This document shows positions 56,277 through 64,000 of a stretch of 64,000 nucleotides of DNA, piece by piece. This stretch comes from Tubiluchus corallicola (Eukaryota > Animalia > Priapulida): contig JAQGDQ010000425.1 of NCBI GenBank assembly GCA_030141605.1, positions 124,001 to 188,000 on the forward strand, in the 5' to 3' direction. The notes beneath the pieces are model-generated. The model was not told where the DNA came from, made no database searches, and saw nothing but the letters and a program-made list of their open reading frames with translations. The position numbers and the translations under genes were made by a program. Position 1 is the first letter of the stretch. Each line of letters starts with the position of its first letter.

Positions 56277-56434
56277 ATGCCACGTAAAAACCTTCATCCA
56301 AAGTTTCAACATAAGCAAGTTTTATGTTTAGAATGCAGATGTTGTGAAAACTGCGTTTGTGCTAGAGGAATGAGAGCAATTTTATTAGCAAATACCCACA
56401 TCGAGCTATATAGTACAGATGTACCACCAAAAGG
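56277..56434 (+). CDS. FAM72: FAM72 exon 1
   Basis: MPRKNLHPKFQHKQVLCLECRCCENCVCARGMRAILLANTHIELYSTDVPPK versus human [23 protein letters not shown]; GG|gtgcgt donor, phase 2. Confidence 0.92.
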
Positions 56435-56809
56435 GTGCGTTTTTAACAACCACGCTTAACATTTTCTGTAGATACTTGTGTAACTTTCTAATATGATTGC
56501 AGAGCAAGAAAAATGGCAAAGTTCGGTGACCTAGATTTTTGCAATCTGTTTCTACTAACTGGGTCACATCTTACACTGCACTCATAACTTTTCTTGTACT
56601 CTAAGATGAACTTATAAGTCATTGACGATTGTTTGTTTTGTGGTAATACAAGATTCATATTTTCCTTTAAGTTACATAATATTAATAATAAATTTAGTTA
56701 CATCTATATGTAACATTAAATATAAATAATGGAAGGGTTGGCGAACAGACTGTTTAATAGTTGTGATCACAAATTATTGAAATTTTATGCGAAATTTATT
56801 GTTTTTTAG

Positions 56810-56887
56810 GTCCATAGATCTAATAGGGAGTCACTATTCTACAAATCACTGTCAGTGTCGAATCAGAGATGTAGCCTGTTTATTATG
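56810..56887 (+). CDS. FAM72: FAM72 exon 2 (78 nt)
   Basis: ttttttag|G...TG|gtatgt; SIDLIGSHYSTNHCQCRIRDVACLLC versus human [26 protein letters not shown]. Confidence 0.92.
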
Positions 56888-57300
56888 GTATGTGAACTGT
56901 CTCAGAAGTAAACTGTTTTATAAACTGTGTAAGCTACAAACTATGTAAACATTATGGCAATATATTACTTTGTCAAAAAATCTGATTTTTAAGTTTGGGT
57001 GGGTTTCTTAATTTTTGCACAGCAATGTATTTTTATGGTATCAACTAAAAATGATGTTATGCTGATATTATAGCAGATGATTAATAATATAACGTGCATT
57101 TGTGTTGAATGTCCTATTTCAGTACCATTGTAATATTGTGATGCCCTGGTGTCATCATTCAGATGGGCATTTACTCCACCCTCCATACATGCACTTGCAG
57201 TTGTGCATTGTGCAGTACATTTAAAGATTCATAATTTTATTTCTTGCACTGTTTTAAGATTGTAAACATTGTCTTTGGTACAGTCAGCGGCAACCAGTAG

Positions 57301-57684
<384 letters not shown>

Positions 57685-58537
57685 TGAAAGAACAATGACC
57701 TGCTATTAAATTGAGGATGTGAAGTTTTCATTAAAATGTTTACTGGTCTAGGGAATTGAATACGGAACAGTTGTAACAACCAAAATTATTGATTTTTGGC
57801 AAGAAAGTTTCAAAAATACATAAATTAGTGGAAGAAAACATCTGTTTAAAATACAATACTCAAGGGTGCTGCCATGTCTGTGCTGTACTTTTGCTGTATT
57901 AAAAATTATTATTGAATTAATGCCTCATTCACATTTATGAGGGTGTGATAACTCAGAGGCAGTTGTACGGACACATATTTTTAATATTTGCTGAAGTTCT
58001 TAATTTGTTGTGCACAACTTGCTTGTCGTTAGTTTATATTGTCCGTTTGCAATGCAGTTTATTGTTTCAACTTTTAAACTTTGTTCACTTATTTATGCAC
58101 ATCTAGTCCAGAATGCAAAGCATTGGGTCACTCTCTTATTAAGTTTATTCTGCGCAACTACCTGAATCAATTAACGTTGCAATGGAATAAACGAGAATGC
58201 GGAACAACTCTATTGTGACATCACAGTATATAAAACTGATAAAACTCATTATTATTTATAAACAATTGAATATGAGATTGAGAATTTCATGATGTAAAAG
58301 ACCTCTTTGTGGAGTTATTTCATAAGCAAATAATAAAAAAATCTGTTTATAGATAATCAGGTATGACTTAAAAGTAATGAGCAAACTGTCAGTGATATTG
58401 TTGACCTTGAGCAAAAAAATGATGGTGCTAAAACATTATTATCATCAGTATAATCCTCATCATTATGAAGTAAATTAACACTTTAATTACTCTACACTTC
58501 TGATATGTTAATGTTAATAGCTACCTTAATGCTACAG

Positions 58538-58641
58538 GTGTGGAATTGATGCTGTGGAAAAATCTACCTGAAGCTGATAACGACCCGCTGCTTTCCTCTC
58601 ACAGTGATTTTCTTGTGGAGACAGAGGAGTGTTGCAGATGA
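58538..58641 (+). CDS. FAM72: FAM72 exon 4 (terminal coding exon); total protein 156 aa
   Basis: gctacag|GT; GVELMLWKNLPEADNDPLLSSHSDFLVETEECCR* versus human GVNILLWGNLPE...EECIR*. The four exons sum to 471 nt. Confidence 0.92.
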
Positions 58642-61600
58642 CGTGAAAGTCACCATTAGCCAAAATCCAAAAGTGCCTCGCCTTCTTCGTGATGAACAGT
58701 GTATCCCAAACAAGAATAGTTGCTATGGAAACATTTGTACATTCCACCTAATAGGTCACTTTTGAAATTTACATGCTTCCCCTTGGTTGTTAAAACATCT
58801 TAATAGATAGTATTATCTAAAATCTTAAGTCTTAATGTCGTAAATCTTGAGTTTTTTTTATATCAAAAAGGCTCTCCCAAACAATTTTCGACTTATTCAG
58901 ATTTTTTTGGTTGCTATGCATTTTTTCTAATTTTGGATATTGGTCTAAGTATTTCTAGTTCCTTAAACATATGAATTTAGTTATGTTAATTTATCATTGG
59001 GCCATTTACAAAGGTATGCTGTTTAGTAGTTATATAAGCCTAAATAAAAAGTAAATTGCAAAAAATAATTATAGCATTTTATTTTTTAAATTAGCCAGTT
59101 TATACTGCTAGTTGATGGAAAACTTTTTTCAAGGTTTCAGAAAACGTGCTCTGTAATGGTTATTTTGTCTTTAATTGACTGTGCCATTTTTTCGCTTTAG
59201 TTTGAGATTTTCCAAATGCAAAAACTGCAGTTTATTACCAAGGTTCTAAATACATAGTAAAAATTTGTTGATCTATCTATCTTTCTTGAACATTAATTTG
59301 ATTTTGGGAGCATAAGTTTTTCAAGAATAACGGAATTTCTGATACAGTGCAGCTATTTGCTTACTGTTAAATGTAATAATTTTACTAATTTTGTTCATAT
59401 AAATTATAGTTATTTATTACACTGTAATAGAAAGAAATTAGAAAATCACTACCTAAGTTTCTCAATTAAGCAAATTAGTTATTTCATGGCAGCATTTAAA
59501 AACTTTTGATTTTTCTTTCAGCATCAGTTAGTTAACAGCTTTGATAATTTTAACATCTTTAGAGGGCGAAATTTTTCAAGTGTTTTAATACTTGAAACCT
59601 AAAATTATTTAAAATTTAATTACCATATTTTTACACTGTTTTTTGATAAATCAACTTTTGTAATGTAAATTATTTTAATGATATACTTATGTGTAAATTC
59701 ATTGTTTTAAGATGGTTAGATGTTGTACATCATTATAACACTTTAGTGTATAGTGTTTTAGTGATGTCTGTAGAGAAAGGCAGTTATTTGTGAGTTTTAT
59801 CAAATTTTATTTAATGTTTCTAAGCTTCGTTTAGTTTGTAAAATGTGTAAATTTTTAGCTACATTATTAGTTTATTACTTTTGAACATACATAAACATCT
59901 TATAATTACTTATAATTATCGAATGTTTTAGGAAAATTTTTGTTTGATTTGTATGTTTGTTTGTTTATTAATTTTAGTATTTATTTATTGATTATTTATT
60001 GTGTTTTAAGCTTTTGCCTATATTCGTCTTTTAACATATACTTTAGTATTCGCAAAGTTTTTACCATTGTTAATGTGCAGTGTACCAAGCAAGACATTGT
60101 TTACATTTACGACTGCAACTTGCGCTTTACACTTCAGTAAATTTTTTCTAACGATAAACTTCAATCCTGACAATGCATGTAGAAAACTCCTTGAACTGAA
60201 CCATGATCAATTTTTTATTTGTAATTTACATGCAATACGACACATTTTATAATTTTAATTTCAATGTTTCAGGTTTATTATAGAAAGAAATGACTTTTTT
60301 ATCTGACAGTTATTAAATTTGTGAAACCAAAATTGAAAAAAAAAGAAAATTAAAATCATAAAGTCGTGATTGAACCTGTATTTGAAATTCAGAGCTTATA
60401 AGCTATGCACCACATTGTTATGTATTGTGACTTCAGCACGGAGCGACAAGGTAAAATATGGTGCAACAATTACTGTCATTTCTTCTAGTTTCTGATTAAC
60501 CGAAATGAGGTTACTTAAACTCTTACAAAAGCTGGGGAATCAGTGCAGTATCATCTGTGTTGCATTTATTTTTTGTGTCAACGAAGAAATAAGATGTGTA
60601 TTTGTTGAATCAAATTAGTAGGTTTTATTAGAAGTATTGCGTTTCAGCTAGCTGTAGGACTTAGCCTTGTTTTTATTTGCAGTGCAAGTTATGTAAAGTG
60701 CTGTCCTGAGTTATTAAACTTGTTAATATTAACACACTGCAGTTGTAGTATAAATACCAAATTAACAAATTGCAATTATTGATTCAGTATTTTAATTTAT
60801 CATATGTTAATTTTGTATTTTTTTCATTGTGTCACTACTACAATGTGTGTGAAATTTGTACAGAGATTTGTTACGTTGAAAATTTCAAATAGAAATGAAA
60901 ATAAAATGTGATAATAAAAATAATTACCTGTTATTTTGCAGTTATATTTAATATGTATTGTTATTATTGCGACTGCATGATGTTGGCTATGCAGTCTTAT
61001 CTCTTATGGTTGTTTACTTCGCGGAGTAAACCTATTATTATTATTATACATCCAAACATGGCTGAGATATCTATACTGGTTCAATGGCTAGACCTGCTGG
61101 CTGCAACAAACAAAGTTGTAACGAAACCTGTTGATGTCATTATGTGAAAATGTGGTTAAGCAGACATGGTTAAATCATTTTTTATATAGCATTTCACTTA
61201 AAATCAAGAATGAAGCATTCACAAACATTGTAGATGGCTGGCAGTAGTTTTTGCACAACTAGAACTTATCAAGAATAATAATAAGGGACCAATTAGTCAA
61301 GGGGTTTAACTAGGTATCGCCTATGTGTGGATCTCCCAGTGAGGAAAATAAATGGGGCAACTGACAACCAAAATTGCCTAGAAGCTGTTTTTGGTCACTC
61401 TTAATATTCTAACCAAACTCAGAATTTTTTAAGGTCCGACTATAGTGAGATTAGTGAAGACCAATTAAAAGCTTCGCAGTTAATTGACTGTGCATAATGC
61501 CACTTAATGTCAAACCCCAAAACCTCAGAAGAGGTATACATACCCGAAATGCATGTAATGGGTAGTTCAGGCCTATAAATATGCACATCTAATTAATGAC

Positions 61601-61938
61601 CGAGCATTTGGTTTTTCAAAATAGTTTATTGAAACTCAAAAAATCAGAGTAGCAAAATTAAATTAAAAAGTACGTATGTTAGGCAACATTAAGCAATAAT
61701 TAAAACATGTTTTAACCAATCTAGTTAGAATTCCAGTATTCTATTAAAGATGTTTGTCAAAATTCAATACCTGAATGCTCATGGTGAATTCGTGACGGTT
61801 GAATTTTATAAACAAATAAATGGTTTTCTTTTGCATTTCTAGCAATGTTTATTTTAGCTCTTTGGTAGTATGCTTATGCTATTTTAATCTCATTATTCAT
61901 TTTAGTTTATACTGAATGGCGCTTTTCAGCATTCCGTT

Positions 61939-61986
61939 TTAAAGGTGTGCGTGATCTGTGGTTTTTAATGACTGCCACCTGGTGTT
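61939..61986 (+). mobile_element. Putative Kolobok-like left terminus (TTAA|AGGTG) with a subterminal CTCF-like motif
   Basis: ttaa aggtgtgcgtgatctgtggtttttaatg actgccacctggtg; no matching right end seen in the window. Confidence 0.35.
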
Positions 61987-62110
61987 GCCGCTACAATTAA
62001 TCCAGTAAATAAATTTTCAAAATCGGATTTTTGAAGCGCTCAGAGTTCGGGAATCGCAAAAGTCTGCCTAAATAAAAACAAATTAATTAATTCGGAGTGA
62101 TTAGTAAAGC

Positions 62111-62268
62111 ATGGAGACAGTAGATTCAAAACCTAAAAAGAGAAAAACTACCCAGACCGATTATACTACCGTTATTGACATAGGATCAGAGATTTCTCGT
62201 TGGAGATACTTGCAGGAAAAACTAAAGTTGGAGACAGACGAAGATGTTGCAAAAGTTTTGCTAAATTG
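62111..62268 (+). CDS. Unnamed three-exon gene, exon 1 (NLS-like PKKRK; IDIG...RWR.L...L.L.TD.DVAK.LL motif)
   Basis: aaagcATGG start; METVDSKPKKRKTTQTDYTTVIDIGSEISRWRYLQEKLKLETDEDVAKVLLN; TG|gtgagt donor, phase 2. Confidence 0.7.
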
Positions 62269-63019
62269 GTGAGTTCTGTAATCTGCAGTTTGATGTCGAA
62301 ATTTGATTCATAATATTAATTTAATTAATTGGAATCACCTTAGTATAACCGCTCTAACATCGGAAATGCTGATTTTGGTTGGCCAGCTAAAGACGAATGT
62401 GTATGTGAAAAATGCAATTAAAATGATGCAAAAGGGAATAAAAAGTATGTGATGTAACAAAAAGTATCGATGAAAATCTATGTGACAGAATGCAAATGAG
62501 CAAAAAATGAAAGTGATGAAGATGAAAAAAGTAAAAAGATGATAATAAAGAAAAGGCATTTGTCAGAAGGCCTAGGGCTAGATGTGGATACGACTAAGAT
62601 GGTATGGTTATCTTTAAACTCGCTCATATATTACTTATCATGAGATTTGTTGGTATAGAAGGTGTTGTAAAAAATATGAAATAACTATTCAACAGTTGTG
62701 AAGTAATTTTGTTTGAAAGAGAATTGCTGAATTTTACATTAGAATTCACCCCATTCCATAGTGTTGGAGTAGCAGTTGGGCCCATAACCCCTATATGTAA
62801 TGAATAGTCTTGTCAAATTTGTTCTGCATCATCTTGGGTTGTATTCTTTAAATCTGGTATTATTTTTTAGATATTTTTTTGAAGTGACTAGATTTTCAGA
62901 GACACCTGGGAATAAGTGTTTGTTAGTTAGGCAATAAATCAAATGAGCTTAGTTGTGTAACCATTATTGATAAATAAATAGATGACAGGGTTTTGTCAAT
63001 GTGTAATTTCTTTTATTAG

Positions 63020-63136
63020 GTACGAATATTCACACAACTCAGATGCACACGACCTCAGTGAAAATAAACCAAAGAAACCAAAGATAACTATTGATGAATA
63101 TTTTGGCCAAGGTGTAGCGAACGACAAACACACTAG
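63020..63136 (+). CDS. Unnamed three-exon gene, exon 2 (117 nt)
   Basis: tttcttttattag|G...AG|gtgagc; (W)YEYSHNSDAHDLSENKPKKPKITIDEYFGQGVANDKHT(R); phase 2-2, open. Confidence 0.65.
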
Positions 63137-63616
63137 GTGAGCTGTGTTAATGGAAATTTAATAAATTTGTTTGTTAAACAAAAGAGTCCTATAAATTAAA
63201 TAACTTGGCTTTCTCTGGCAACTTTCGAACACGTGCATAGCGTCTTTTGCGCAAATACGGGAGAATGAAGTGTAGTAAAGAAGCCCTGCCTGATCTTTGG
63301 TTACCGATGTCTGTTTACCGATCTTTGGTGACCTCGTAACTGTACTCATAGTGTCATTGCAATGAAAAATGGTGGTTTTTCGCTAACAACGAAGCTATAG
63401 AAAATCAAAAGAAGCAAGTTTTACAATAAATTTATAATAAAATAAATTGAATAATCGTAATGAGAGTAGGATTTTAAGTTGTAAAAGGTTATACTATGGT
63501 GAGGGCTTGGTTTGAATTTAAAGTTCTGGGAAAGAGGCAGCATTTTGTAGGTGTTATATATAGATGATCTGCAATAGATCTGTGAACACTAACACAGTAC
63601 ATCGTGTACTGTGTCG

Positions 63617-63672
63617 TGACAAGCATCAGACATTTCTCTAACCATGACAAGCATCAGACATTTCTCTAACCA
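63617..63672. repeat. 28-bp tandem duplication
   Basis: tgacaagcatcagacatttctctaacca x2. Confidence 0.9.
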
Positions 63673-63782
63673 AAGGCCACTTATGAACAATCAATTCGAT
63701 CATCTTTTACCAGTTTTTAATTTTTATCATTGCATTGTTTTGCTGTGTTTTGCTATGTTGTAAAAGTCTCTTTGCTCTTTAG

Positions 63783-63942
63783 ACAAGATTCTGCTAACTT
63801 TGCTCCTTGTCCGGATTCAGCTGAAACTGGTTGTTACGACAAGAAAATGTTGGACGGCAACGGCGACTCGGTGATCATGCCGTACGAGATCGATCGCAAA
63901 AAACTTCTGGCAGATAGACTATCATTTGTAACAAATGCATGA
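63783..63942 (+). CDS. Unnamed three-exon gene, exon 3; total 144 aa
   Basis: tctctttgctctttag|A; QDSANFAPCPDSAETGCYDKKMLDGNGDSVIMPYEIDRKKLLADRLSFVTNA*, in frame with exon 2. Confidence 0.6.
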
Positions 63943-64000
63943 TGCCAGGTGTTGGTCAAAGGTACACAAATGCGTTGTCTGATACACGTAACCTCTGACC

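Noticed and set aside
57040-57240. C/D-box snoRNA in FAM72 intron 2
   Set aside because: ATGATG and CTGA words occur, but without convincing spacing, terminal stem or recognisable rRNA guide.

Overview
AT-rich, intron-containing invertebrate animal genomic DNA. The srGAP sequence looks protostome, possibly non-insect arthropod, but the taxon cannot be fixed from this window. Most genes are spliced and invisible or fragmented in the ORF track. (1) Minus strand: the 5' end of an srGAP (SLIT-ROBO RhoGAP, F-BAR) gene, with coding exon 1 at 55793-55856, exon 2 at 403-586 and a ~55 kb first intron. (2) Plus strand, head-to-head with only 420 bp between start codons: a complete four-exon FAM72 gene (156 aa). 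This is the divergent SRGAP2-FAM72 arrangement known from vertebrates, here in an invertebrate. (3) Inside the srGAP intron: an antisense, intact, intronless and divergent 824-aa CLEC16A-like ORF (probable retrogene) with a compact bZIP/RFX-motif promoter, plus a probable alternative srGAP first exon encoding a 217-aa charged N-terminus. (4) Near the right edge: a hidden three-exon 144-aa ORF downstream of a TTAA-AGG (Kolobok-like) terminus. The rest is MITEs (hAT-, Tc1/mariner- and Kolobok-like), LINE and SINE relics, and micro- and minisatellites. Family assignments come from remembered protein sequences, not database searches.
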